Assembly: GCA_017461055.1 (NCBI GenBank)
Contig: JAFTZI010000027.1
Location: 6,423-70,422, forward strand
Length of the DNA: 64,000 bases
Reading direction: 5' to 3'
DNA from: Clostridia bacterium
Lineage (GTDB): Bacteria > Bacillota > Clostridia > Oscillospirales > CAG-272
In this document: positions 38,390 through 47,104 of the stretch, piece after piece
Position numbering within the stretch: the stretch's first letter is position 1
Layout of the letters: the number at the start of each line of letters is the position of its first letter
Notes under the pieces: generated by a model
The model's database searches: none
The model's input: only the letters and a program-made list of their open reading frames with translations
What the model was told of the DNA's origin: nothing
Translations under genes and position numbers: made by a program

Positions 38390-40690
38390 TTAAGCATAAA
38401 TATATTCTTCATTTGCGCAAAGCTCCACTGCGTGGTCGGCGCCGTCTATATTTATTATAGCAGTTTGCTTAATTGGTGTTACTAATTTAAGGTAAGAAAG
38501 CTGATTATCCTTCCATTCAATATCTACCTTTATATTGCCCTTGGCAAGCAAGCCCTTAATGCTTCCGTTCTTCATTTCTGACGGTAACGCGGGCAAGATT
38601 TTAATTTTTCCGTCCTCGCATTGCAGGAACATTTGAGCAATACCTGCGCACACACCGTAGTTTCCGTCTATTTGGAACGGTGGGTGAGCATCAAACATAT
38701 TTGCATATGTTCCGCCTGAGTGCCACATATCAACTGTTGAGTCCGGTCTTGCAGGCATAAAGCGAAGCTGGTTTTTAACAAGCTTCATTGCGTGGTCTCC
38801 GTCCTTGAGCCTTGCCCACAGGCAAACCTTCCAGCCCATACTCCAGCCTGTACCCTCGTCTCCTCTTCTTTCAAGGGAGCGCTTTACCATTTGAGATACC
38901 TCAGGATTATTTTCGGTTGTTATAACATCCGCAGGGTAGAAGCCATAAAGATGAGACACGTGACGGTGATAAACATCGGACTCCTCAAATTCCTCATCAT
39001 ATTCAAGAAGCTGACCCTCACTTCCCTTTTTGTAAATGCCTATATGGTCCTTTTTTGCATTGATTTCTCTTATAAACTCATCGTCTATGCCGAGAATTTT
39101 TGCTGATTTGGAAAGGTTTTTAAACAAATCCTCAACAATGGACTGTGACATTACAGCATATTTTGCAAGGTATGTATATTTTCCGTCAAGAATATAGCTG
39201 TTTTCAGGGGAAGTCGACGGTGTTACTATCCATTTACCGTCACTCTCCTCCATAATTGACAGGAAGAATTCAGCGCTTTCCTTCATTATTGGATAAGCGG
39301 TATTCTTTAAATACTCCTTATCCAAGGTATATTCATAATGCTCAAACAGGTGACGGCAAAGCCAACCGCCTGACATATTCCAATAAGCGTATTGTGAGCT
39401 TGTTTCTCTTTTTGCTCCAACTGGTGTTGTGTGCGCCCACAAATCGCTGTTATGATGAGCTACAAAGCCCTTGGCATTATAAAGTCTTTTTGCTGTTTCG
39501 CGACCGTTTTCACAAATGTTTTTTGTTTGTTCAACTATTGGAAGGTTACAGCTTGCAAGGTCACTCATAAGAACGGGCCAATAATTCATTTCAGCATTAA
39601 TGTTTAATGTGTAGTTTGATGACCAAGGCGCATAATAGCTCTCGTTCCAAATACCTTGAAGGTTTGTTGGACGTGAGCCCTCTCTTGAAGCGGAGATAAT
39701 TAAATATCTGCCAAAATTATAAAGAAGCTCGCACATGCCTGCGTCCTTTTCTTGCTCCCTTAGTCTTTCATCTGTGTCAAGGTCACTCTTTTTTCCGCCA
39801 AAATCCGTGCTTATTCTATTAAACAAGGATGAAAAATCATCAATATGAGCTTTTTTGATTTCATCATATGAAATTTCGTAAAGCTCCTTCATTCTGTCGT
39901 AGCAAGGCTCAAAGGTCTTTTTATTGGGAAGCTGATTGAAGGCTACAAAGCTGGTTTCGCAAACAAAATATACGGTTAATTCAGTTGCGCCCTTTATAAC
40001 TACTCTTTCCATTTGGCTTCCGTCAATGCTTCCGTCAGTTTTGAATTTTGCAATAGCTGTTACCTTTACTCCGTCACCGTCATAAACAATAGGCTTATCG
40101 CTTTTACTGTATTCGGGAGCAAGCTCTGTCGGACATTCACCCGAGTAATAAAGATTATCATTGTAGGCTGTTACGTGGCTCTTTCCTACGCAATCACCGT
40201 AAAGCTCATAATCTGTTGGCTTGCTTGATGTGATTTTTACCATTACACAGTTGTGTGGGAATGACACAAAATACTCTTTTTTGTAGTCAACGCCGTCAAT
40301 TGTATAATTTACATTTGCCAAGCCTGTTTCCATATCAAGAGTACGAACATAGGAGCTTGGATTTTTGCCCTCCATACCAAGATTTTTAATGTATAGAGTT
40401 CCAAGCATCATATATGAGGTAAGCCAAGTGCCTGTAAAGTTTTCCTCTATTTCCCTTTGCGCCTCATATCTTTTGCCTTCCTTTAAAAGCTTTTTTGCCC
40501 TTTCGTTTGACTCATAGGAATTTTCTACATATTGGTCGTGTGGCTTTCCTGACCACAAGGTGTCGTGGTTAAGGGAAATTCTTTCCTCAAAGCACTTACC
40601 GTATACCATTGCGCCAAGCTGACCGTTGCCAAGAGGTAAAGCCTCTTCAAAATATTGTGCCTCTTTACTGTACTTTAGTATTTTCTCCAT
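38390..40690 (-). CDS. Glycoside hydrolase family 95 (alpha-L-fucosidase type)
   Basis: N-terminal ALPLGNGQLGAMVYG...LNHDTLWSG and a ~770-aa GH95 architecture with no signal peptide. Confidence 0.85.
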   Translation of the reverse strand: MEKILKYSKEAQYFEEALPLGNGQLGAMVYGKCFEERISLNHDTLWSGKPHDQYVENSYESNERAKKLLKEGKRYEAQREIEENFTGTWLTSYMMLGTLYIKNLGMEGKNPSSYVRTLDMETGLANVNYTIDGVDYKKEYFVSFPHNCVMVKITSSKPTDYELYGDCVGKSHVTAYNDNLYYSGECPTELAPEYSKSDKPIVYDGDGVKVTAIAKFKTDGSIDGSQMERVVIKGATELTVYFVCETSFVAFNQLPNKKTFEPCYDRMKELYEISYDEIKKAHIDDFSSLFNRISTDFGGKKSDLDTDERLREQEKDAGMCELLYNFGRYLIISASREGSRPTNLQGIWNESYYAPWSSNYTLNINAEMNYWPVLMSDLASCNLPIVEQTKNICENGRETAKRLYNAKGFVAHHNSDLWAHTTPVGAKRETSSQYAYWNMSGGWLCRHLFEHYEYTLDKEYLKNTAYPIMKESAEFFLSIMEESDGKWIVTPSTSPENSYILDGKYTYLAKYAVMSQSIVEDLFKNLSKSAKILGIDDEFIREINAKKDHIGIYKKGSEGQLLEYDEEFEESDVYHRHVSHLYGFYPADVITTENNPEVSQMVKRSLERRGDEGTGWSMGWKVCLWARLKDGDHAMKLVKNQLRFMPARPDSTVDMWHSGGTYANMFDAHPPFQIDGNYGVCAGIAQMFLQCEDGKIKILPALPSEMKNGSIKGLLAKGNIKVDIEWKDNQLSYLKLVTPIKQTAIINIDGADHAVELCANEEYIYA

Positions 40691-40703
40691 TGTTATTTAC
40701 CTC

Positions 40704-40949
40704 TTATTTTGCATCATTTAATTTTTTAATGCAAGCCTTGCAAACACGCTTGTCTCCAAAGATAACATTGTCATTAGTTTCGCCGCAAAAAACACAAGCG
40801 GGCTGATACTTTCTCAATATTATGCAGTCATTCTCCACAAATATTTCCAAAGCATCCTTTGTCTTAATGTCGAAGGTATTACGGATTTCCATTGGCAATA
40901 CAATTCGACCAAGCTCGTCCATTTTTCTAACTATGCCGGTAGATTTCAT
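40704..40949 (-). CDS. AbrB-family transition-state regulator with C-terminal CxxC...CxxC tail
   Basis: MKSTGIVRKMDELGRIVLPMEIRNTF N-domain and a tail ACVFCG...VCKAC. Start at ATG 40949 (RBS AGAGAGGT). Confidence 0.8.
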   Translation of the reverse strand: MKSTGIVRKMDELGRIVLPMEIRNTFDIKTKDALEIFVENDCIILRKYQPACVFCGETNDNVIFGDKRVCKACIKKLNDAK

Positions 40950-41141
40950 AATTTTTACCTCTCTTTTTTTGTTTATTTCTTTCAATTTTATTCTACCATT
41001 TTTGATATTTATTGTCAACAATAATTTTGCAGAATTGACAAATTTTTACAGTAAAAAATTGGTAAATTTCTTGTCTTAATTATGAATAAACAGGATTGCT
41101 TGTGTTAACAATTCATTATATTACTTTTTTGGGGAGGAGCT

Positions 41142-41405
41142 ATGATTAAGGGCTGTCACAAAAACATTGTATTTTTAAAGGACACAGGAAGCGAGCTGTT
41201 TGACGAGGCTTATTTTATTCTGAAGCCTAACACAAAGGACAAAAGGGAGGCTGACATTATATCCGAGGCTACAAAAATTGTAAACAGCTTAGATGACGGA
41301 AATAAAAAGAAAGGAAGGGGTCGACTTGGCAAATTGATTTTCTTTTTGGCAGGAGCTATAATCGGCAGCGGTACTATGCTTATTATTCATCTTGCCTTAA
41401 TTTAG
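41142..41405 (+). CDS. Small tail-anchored membrane protein, unknown function (87 aa)
   Basis: Strong RBS GGGGAGGAG, a basic KKKGRGR stretch, then one C-terminal TM helix. Confidence 0.5.
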   Translation: MIKGCHKNIVFLKDTGSELFDEAYFILKPNTKDKREADIISEATKIVNSLDDGNKKKGRGRLGKLIFFLAGAIIGSGTMLIIHLALI

Positions 41406-41416
41406 TATGATAATAC

Positions 41417-41445
41417 TTGACTATTCCTTTCAAATGTGATAAAAT
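41417..41445 (+). promoter_or_regulatory. Promoter of the RNase J gene (TTGACT-17-TAAAAT, TG-extended)
   Basis: TTGACT at 41417-41422 and TGATAAAAT ending at 41445. This predicts a leader of about 140 nt. Confidence 0.5.
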
Positions 41446-41587
41446 GATTATATCATTAATTCGTTGTTTAATAAGATATGATAATGTGGGGGCGTTATAC
41501 ACATTATTCTCTGTCTTTGCATAGCAAGGCTTCACGTATGTGAAGTTTATTTGTTGTGCTTTGGACTTAATTACAGAAAGGAATATT

Positions 41588-43444
41588 ATGGCTGAGAAAA
41601 CAGAAGCTAAAAAGACAAAAAAGAAAACAAATTGGAAAAAGCCAAGAGCCACAAGCAAGAAAAGCAATATGGCTGAAAAAAATGCTGCAAGCAAGGGCAA
41701 GGCACAAGGCAGTGCCAATGCTCAAAAGAGCAAAAAAACTCAAAAAAGAACTAATCAAAAAAGAAAAGCCGCACCGAAAAAGCCGAATCCTGCCGTTAAG
41801 GTGTTCTCCTTGGGCGGTCTTAACGAGATAGGAAAAAACATTACTGTTATTGAATGCGAAAACGACATTATTGTTGTTGACTGCGGTATCGGCTTTCCCG
41901 ATGACGATATGCTGGGTGTTGATCTTGTAATTCCCGATTTTACCTATCTTATCAATAATGTGGAAAAAATTCGCGGTGTATTTATTACACACGGACACGA
42001 GGACCACATTGGCTCCTTGCCTTACTTTTTGAAGCTTATGAACGTGCCTGTATTCGGCACTAAGCTTTCCCTTGGAATACTTGAAAACAAGCTGATTGAG
42101 CATAAAATATTGCAAAGCGCTAAGCTCAATACCGTAAGCGCGGGAGATAAGGTAAGTGCCGGCTGCTTTAAGGTGGAATTTATAAGAGTAAACCACTCAA
42201 TTGCAGATGCCTGCGCGCTTGCAATTTCCACTCCGCAGGGAGTTATTCTTCACACAGGTGACTTTAAGCTTGACGTAACGCCTATTGACGGTGAAATGAT
42301 GGACATTGTGCGCTTAGGTCAGCTTGGTAACGAGGGCGTTACTATGCTCCTTTGCGAATCAACCAACGTTGAGCGAGCAGGACATACTCCTTCCGAAAGA
42401 AAGGTAGGCTTTTCTCTTGAAAAGATACTTGACTCATACACAGATAAGCGTGTTATTATTGCAACCTTTGCATCTAACGTACACAGAGTACAGCAAATTA
42501 TTGATGCAAGCGTTAACCACCAAAGACGTGTTGCGGTAACGGGCAGGAGCATGATTAACGTAGTTAATGCGGCTGTTAAGCTTGGGTATATGAATGTACC
42601 TGACGGGGCTCTTATTGACATTGATGAAATCAAAAAATATCCGCCTGAAAAAATCACTATTGTTACAACGGGAAGCCAGGGCGAGCCTATGTCTGCTCTT
42701 TACCGTATGGCATTTTCCGATCATGACAAGGTTGTTTTAACTGACAAGGATTTAGTTGTGCTTTCCTCAAGCGCTATTCCAGGAAATGAGCCGTTGGTTG
42801 GAAAGATTGTTAATGAAATGTATAAGCGCGGAGTTAATGTTTACCACGATTCAAGCGTTGAGGTGCACGTTTCGGGCCACGCCTGTCAAGAGGAGCTAAA
42901 GCTGATGCACGCTCTTACCAAGCCTAAGTATTTTATGCCTATACACGGTGAGTTCAGGCATTTGATACAGCATAAGGAGCTTGCGGAGAGTATGGGTATG
43001 AGCCCTGACAGAATTTTTGTTTCCGACATTGGTAAGGTTATTGAGCTAAGTGACGAGGGAGCAAAATTCAGCGGTACTGTACAGGCAGGCAAGGTATTGA
43101 TTGACGGTAGCGGAATCGGCGATGTCGGTAACATTGTTCTTCGTGACAGAAAAAATCTTGCGGAAAACGGTCTTATTATTGCAGTTGCTACTATAAGTCT
43201 TGAAGAGGGTATTCTTATGTCCGGACCCGAGATTATTTCACGCGGCTTTGTATATGTGCGTGAAAGCGAGGAGCTTATGAATAGCACAAAGGACATTGCA
43301 ACAAGAGTTTTGATTGATGCGCTTGACGAGGGTGTCAGGGAATGGACCGAGCTAAAGACCCTTATTAAAAACGCAATTACCAAGTACATTTTTGCAAAAA
43401 CCAAGCGCAAGCCTGTTATTTTGCCGATTTTATTGAATATTTAA
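41588..43444 (+). CDS. rnj: Ribonuclease J with a ~75-aa lysine-rich N-terminal extension
   Basis: Metallo-beta-lactamase motif THGHEDHIG, a beta-CASP region and the RNase J C-terminal domain. Start at ATG 41588 (RBS GAAAGGAA). Confidence 0.9.
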   Translation: MAEKTEAKKTKKKTNWKKPRATSKKSNMAEKNAASKGKAQGSANAQKSKKTQKRTNQKRKAAPKKPNPAVKVFSLGGLNEIGKNITVIECENDIIVVDCGIGFPDDDMLGVDLVIPDFTYLINNVEKIRGVFITHGHEDHIGSLPYFLKLMNVPVFGTKLSLGILENKLIEHKILQSAKLNTVSAGDKVSAGCFKVEFIRVNHSIADACALAISTPQGVILHTGDFKLDVTPIDGEMMDIVRLGQLGNEGVTMLLCESTNVERAGHTPSERKVGFSLEKILDSYTDKRVIIATFASNVHRVQQIIDASVNHQRRVAVTGRSMINVVNAAVKLGYMNVPDGALIDIDEIKKYPPEKITIVTTGSQGEPMSALYRMAFSDHDKVVLTDKDLVVLSSSAIPGNEPLVGKIVNEMYKRGVNVYHDSSVEVHVSGHACQEELKLMHALTKPKYFMPIHGEFRHLIQHKELAESMGMSPDRIFVSDIGKVIELSDEGAKFSGTVQAGKVLIDGSGIGDVGNIVLRDRKNLAENGLIIAVATISLEEGILMSGPEIISRGFVYVRESEELMNSTKDIATRVLIDALDEGVREWTELKTLIKNAITKYIFAKTKRKPVILPILLNI

Positions 43445-43449
43445 ACTTT

Positions 43450-43478
43450 GGGGCTGTAAAAACAGCCCCTTTTTTTTA
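43450..43478 (+). terminator. Rho-independent terminator of rnj
   Basis: GGGGCTGT-loop-ACAGCCCC followed by TTTTTTTT. Confidence 0.9.
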
Positions 43479-43601
43479 AAATATTTATTGTAATATTAAG
43501 GAATTTGTGATATACTGTAAAATAGTGTAATTTGGGCATTATTTAATATGCCTGATGATAATCGAACCCGTTTGGTTTTATGACATAAATAGGAGGACAG
43601 T

Positions 43602-45323
43602 ATGAAAAAGCTGCTTGTTCATTTTCGCGGATACAAAAAGCAATGTGTTTTAGCTCCGCTTTTTAAAATGCTTGAAGCCTTATTTGAGCTTTTTATACCC
43701 TTAGTTGTTGCAAGCATTATTGACGTGGGTATTGCAAATAAAGATACATCTTACATTGTAAAGTGCTGTATAATTATGGCTTTACTTGGCGCTATCGGTC
43801 TTACCTGCACTCTTTTTGCGCAGTATTTTTCTGCCTCCTGTGCGGTGGGCTTTGCAACCTCCATGAAGCACAGCTTGTTTAAGCATATTTCTTCTCTTTC
43901 TTATACAGAGATTGACACGCTTGGCACATCTACGCTTATTACAAGAATGACAAGCGACGTAAACCAGGTACAGTCAGGTGTAAACCTTACATTAAGACTA
44001 TTTATGCGCTCGCCTGTTATTGTTTTTGGCGCTATGATTATGGCATTTATTGTAGATTTTAAGGCTTCATTGGTTTTTGTTGTAACTATTCCCCTTCTTT
44101 GTATTGTGGTTTTCGGTATTATTCTTTCTACAATTCCGTTATACAAAAAGGTACAGGAAAAGCTTGACAAGGTACTGCACTCCACACGTGAAAACCTTAC
44201 AGGCGTACGTGTTATTCGTGCCTTTGGTCTTGAGCAAAGCGAAAAAACGCGTTTCCACAAGGAAACCGAGGAATTGAGCCGTGCGCAATCCTTTGTTGGA
44301 AAGATTTCCGCAGTTATGAACCCTGCAACATACGCAATTGTAAATATTTCCATAGCTATACTTATATGGAGAGGCGCTATTCGTGTTGATACAGGAGATT
44401 TAACACAGGGTCAGGTAATTGCTCTTTACAACTATATGTCTCAAATTTTAATTGAGCTTATTAAGCTTGCTAACCTTATTGTTACCATGACTAAGGCAAT
44501 TGCTTGCGCTAACAGAATACAGGCTGTTCTTGACACTGAGTCCTCACAACAAAACGGAACGAGCCGCTGTGGCTTATCAGGCAAGCCGAGTGTTGAATTT
44601 AAGGATGCTTATTTAAGATACAATGTAAGTCCCGAATATACGCTTGAGGGTATTTCCTTTACAGCCAATCAAGGCGAAAGCATTGGAATCATTGGCGGAA
44701 CAGGCTCGGGAAAAAGCTCTCTTATTAACCTAATCGGCAGATTTTACGATACCGAAAAGGGTCAGGTTATGGTTGACGGAGTAGATGTTAAGGAGTACGA
44801 TACTGAATATTTGCGTGAAAGCATTGGAATTGTTCCTCAAAAGGCTGTATTATTTAAGGGCACCATAAGAGATAATCTTAAATGGGGCAACAAAAACGCA
44901 AGTGATACGGACATTTTAAGAGCCATTGAATTGGCACAGGCAAGCGATGTTTTGGAAAAATGCGAAAACGGACTTGACTATGTTATTGAGGAGGGTGGTA
45001 AAAACCTTTCCGGCGGTCAAAGGCAAAGATTGACTATTGCGCGCGCCTTGGTCAAAAAGCCCAAGATACTTATTCTTGATGACTCGTCAAGCGCCTTAGA
45101 CTATGCAACCGATGCAAGGCTGAGACAGGCTATTTCCACAATTGATTTTAACCCAACCACCTTTATTGTTTCGCAAAGAACCGCTTCCATTATGGGCTGT
45201 GACAAAATCATAGTTTTAGATGACGGAAAAATTGTTGGTATGGGTAAGCATAACGAGCTGCTTCACAGCTGTGTTGTTTATTCTGAAATTTATAATTCTC
45301 AATTTAAGGAGGAGGTTCAATGA
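43602..45323 (+). CDS. ABC exporter, fused permease/ATPase (heterodimer subunit 1)
   Basis: Six-TM ABC exporter domain. NBD with Walker A GGTGSGKSS, signature LSGGQRQR and Walker B ILILDDSSS. Confidence 0.9.
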   Translation: MKKLLVHFRGYKKQCVLAPLFKMLEALFELFIPLVVASIIDVGIANKDTSYIVKCCIIMALLGAIGLTCTLFAQYFSASCAVGFATSMKHSLFKHISSLSYTEIDTLGTSTLITRMTSDVNQVQSGVNLTLRLFMRSPVIVFGAMIMAFIVDFKASLVFVVTIPLLCIVVFGIILSTIPLYKKVQEKLDKVLHSTRENLTGVRVIRAFGLEQSEKTRFHKETEELSRAQSFVGKISAVMNPATYAIVNISIAILIWRGAIRVDTGDLTQGQVIALYNYMSQILIELIKLANLIVTMTKAIACANRIQAVLDTESSQQNGTSRCGLSGKPSVEFKDAYLRYNVSPEYTLEGISFTANQGESIGIIGGTGSGKSSLINLIGRFYDTEKGQVMVDGVDVKEYDTEYLRESIGIVPQKAVLFKGTIRDNLKWGNKNASDTDILRAIELAQASDVLEKCENGLDYVIEEGGKNLSGGQRQRLTIARALVKKPKILILDDSSSALDYATDARLRQAISTIDFNPTTFIVSQRTASIMGCDKIIVLDDGKIVGMGKHNELLHSCVVYSEIYNSQFKEEVQ

Positions 45324-47104
45324 AAAAGAACAAAATCAAGGCTTCCTCTGTTAAAAGAGTTTTGAAGTATATTAAAAAGTACTCATTTTTGCTTATTATT
45401 TCAGTTTTGTTAGCTGTTATAACCGTTGGCTTGACTCTATATATTCCTATTATAATCGGTGATGCAATTGACCTTATTATAGGAAAGGGGCTTGTTCAGC
45501 TTGACAAAATCGGTACGCTGCTTTTAAATGTGGGTATCATTTCCCTCATTATTGCCTTGCTTCAATGGGTGATGAATACCATAAACAACAAAATTACATT
45601 TTTGATTACAAGAGATGTAAGAAATGAAGCATTTGACAAGATTGAAAATCTACCTCTTAAATACATTGACTCTCATCAATACGGAGATGTGGTAAGCCGA
45701 ATTATTACCGATGTTGACCAGTTGGCTGACGGACTTTTAATGGGCTTTACTCAGCTTTTTACCGGAATAACCACTATTGTGGGAACGCTGATTTTTATGC
45801 TGACCTTAAGTCCTATAATCACACTTGTAGTGGTGGCGCTAACTCCGCTTTCCCTGCTTGTGGCAAGCTTTATTTCAAAAAGAACCTATTCGCTTTTCAA
45901 GCTACAAAGCGAGGCAAGAGCTAACCAAACCGCTATTATAGGCGAAAACATCGGCAATTTAAAGGTTGTTAAGGCTTTTTCACACGAGGATGAGTCACTT
46001 GAGGAATTTGATTTATCAAATGAGAAATTGAAAAAGGCTTCTATTAAGGCTATATTCTTCTCCTCCTTGGTAAATCCAACCACAAGATTTGTAAACGCGC
46101 TTGTTTATGCAGGGGTTGCATTAGTCGGTGCTTTTGTAGTAATGGGTAATTTTGGCACAGCCATTACCGTTGGCGCTCTTTCCTGCTTTTTAAGCTATGC
46201 TAATCAGTATGCAAAGCCATTTAATGAAATTTCAGGCGTTGTAACCGAGCTTCAAAGCTCGCTTGCTTCTGCTGCAAGAGTATTTGAGCTGATTGACGAG
46301 GAGCCGCAAATGCCTGATGATGAAAACGCATTAGTTCTTGAAAATGCCCTCGGAAGCATTGACCTTTACGATGTAAAGTTCTCATATTCACCCGATAAGG
46401 AACTTATTAAAAATCTTACATTGAGGGTTGAGAAGGGACAAAGAATTGCAATTGTTGGTCCTACGGGCTGCGGAAAAACTACTCTTATTAATCTTCTTAT
46501 GAGGTTTTATGACGTAAACAGCGGGTCTATTTCAGTTGACGGAACGGACATTCGCAATATTACAAGACATTCCTTGCGCAAGAATTACGGAATGGTGCTT
46601 CAGGACACCTGGATTAAAAGCGGTACTGTCAGAGAAAACATTGCTCTTGGTAAGCCCGAGGCTACCTTGGATGAGGTTATCTCGGCGGCTAAAGCGGCGC
46701 ATGCACACAGCTTTATCAAAAGGCTTCCTTTAGGCTATGATACTGTTATTTCCGAGGAATTGGGCGGTCTTTCACAGGGACAGAAGCAGCTTCTTTGTAT
46801 TGCAAGAATTATGCTATCCATTCCGCCTATGCTTATTCTTGACGAGGCAACCTCATCTATTGATACAAGAACTGAAATTAAAATTCAAGATGCCTTCGCC
46901 CTACTTATGGCAGGCAGAACCTCTTTTATCGTTGCGCACAGGCTTTCTACAATAAAGGAGGCTGATGTTATTCTTGTTATGAACAAGGGTAACATTATTG
47001 AACAAGGAAGCCACAAGGAGCTTCTTGAAAAGAAGGGCTTCTATTACAATTTATATAACAGTCAATTTGAAATCGGCGAGGAACAAAATAATGAGAAAAA
47101 CTAA
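45320..47104 (+). CDS. ABC exporter, fused permease/ATPase (heterodimer subunit 2)
   Basis: Walker A GPTGCGKTT, signature LSQGQKQL and Walker B LILDEATS. It overlaps the preceding gene by 4 nt. Confidence 0.9.
   Translation: MKKNKIKASSVKRVLKYIKKYSFLLIISVLLAVITVGLTLYIPIIIGDAIDLIIGKGLVQLDKIGTLLLNVGIISLIIALLQWVMNTINNKITFLITRDVRNEAFDKIENLPLKYIDSHQYGDVVSRIITDVDQLADGLLMGFTQLFTGITTIVGTLIFMLTLSPIITLVVVALTPLSLLVASFISKRTYSLFKLQSEARANQTAIIGENIGNLKVVKAFSHEDESLEEFDLSNEKLKKASIKAIFFSSLVNPTTRFVNALVYAGVALVGAFVVMGNFGTAITVGALSCFLSYANQYAKPFNEISGVVTELQSSLASAARVFELIDEEPQMPDDENALVLENALGSIDLYDVKFSYSPDKELIKNLTLRVEKGQRIAIVGPTGCGKTTLINLLMRFYDVNSGSISVDGTDIRNITRHSLRKNYGMVLQDTWIKSGTVRENIALGKPEATLDEVISAAKAAHAHSFIKRLPLGYDTVISEELGGLSQGQKQLLCIARIMLSIPPMLILDEATSSIDTRTEIKIQDAFALLMAGRTSFIVAHRLSTIKEADVILVMNKGNIIEQGSHKELLEKKGFYYNLYNSQFEIGEEQNNEKN

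Noticed and set aside
40672-40679. Another copy of ACTTTAGT, the half-site motif seen at the his and citrate synthase promoters
   Set aside because: It lies inside the first codons of the GH95 gene with no partner half-site. It mainly shows that the 8-mer occurs by chance in this AT-rich DNA, so the motif finding is kept at modest confidence.
41383-42196. Minus-strand ORFs of 111 and 209 aa overlapping the rnj leader and its 5' coding region
   Set aside because: They lie antisense to the lysine-rich (AAA/AAG-rich) part of RNase J, which yields Phe/Leu-rich artefactual frames. They have no RBS and no family resemblance.
46998-47090. A 31-codon N-terminal extension of pyruvate kinase in the ORF track, with analogous upstream extensions for ilvA, leuC, ilvD, ilvB, leuA, pgcA, spoVT, the amidase, abrB, rnj, lepA and the large membrane protein
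   Set aside because: In every case an internal ATG is preceded by a good RBS at 6-10 nt and matches the conserved N-terminus of the family. The extensions begin at weak or alternative start codons inside the upstream gene or leader.
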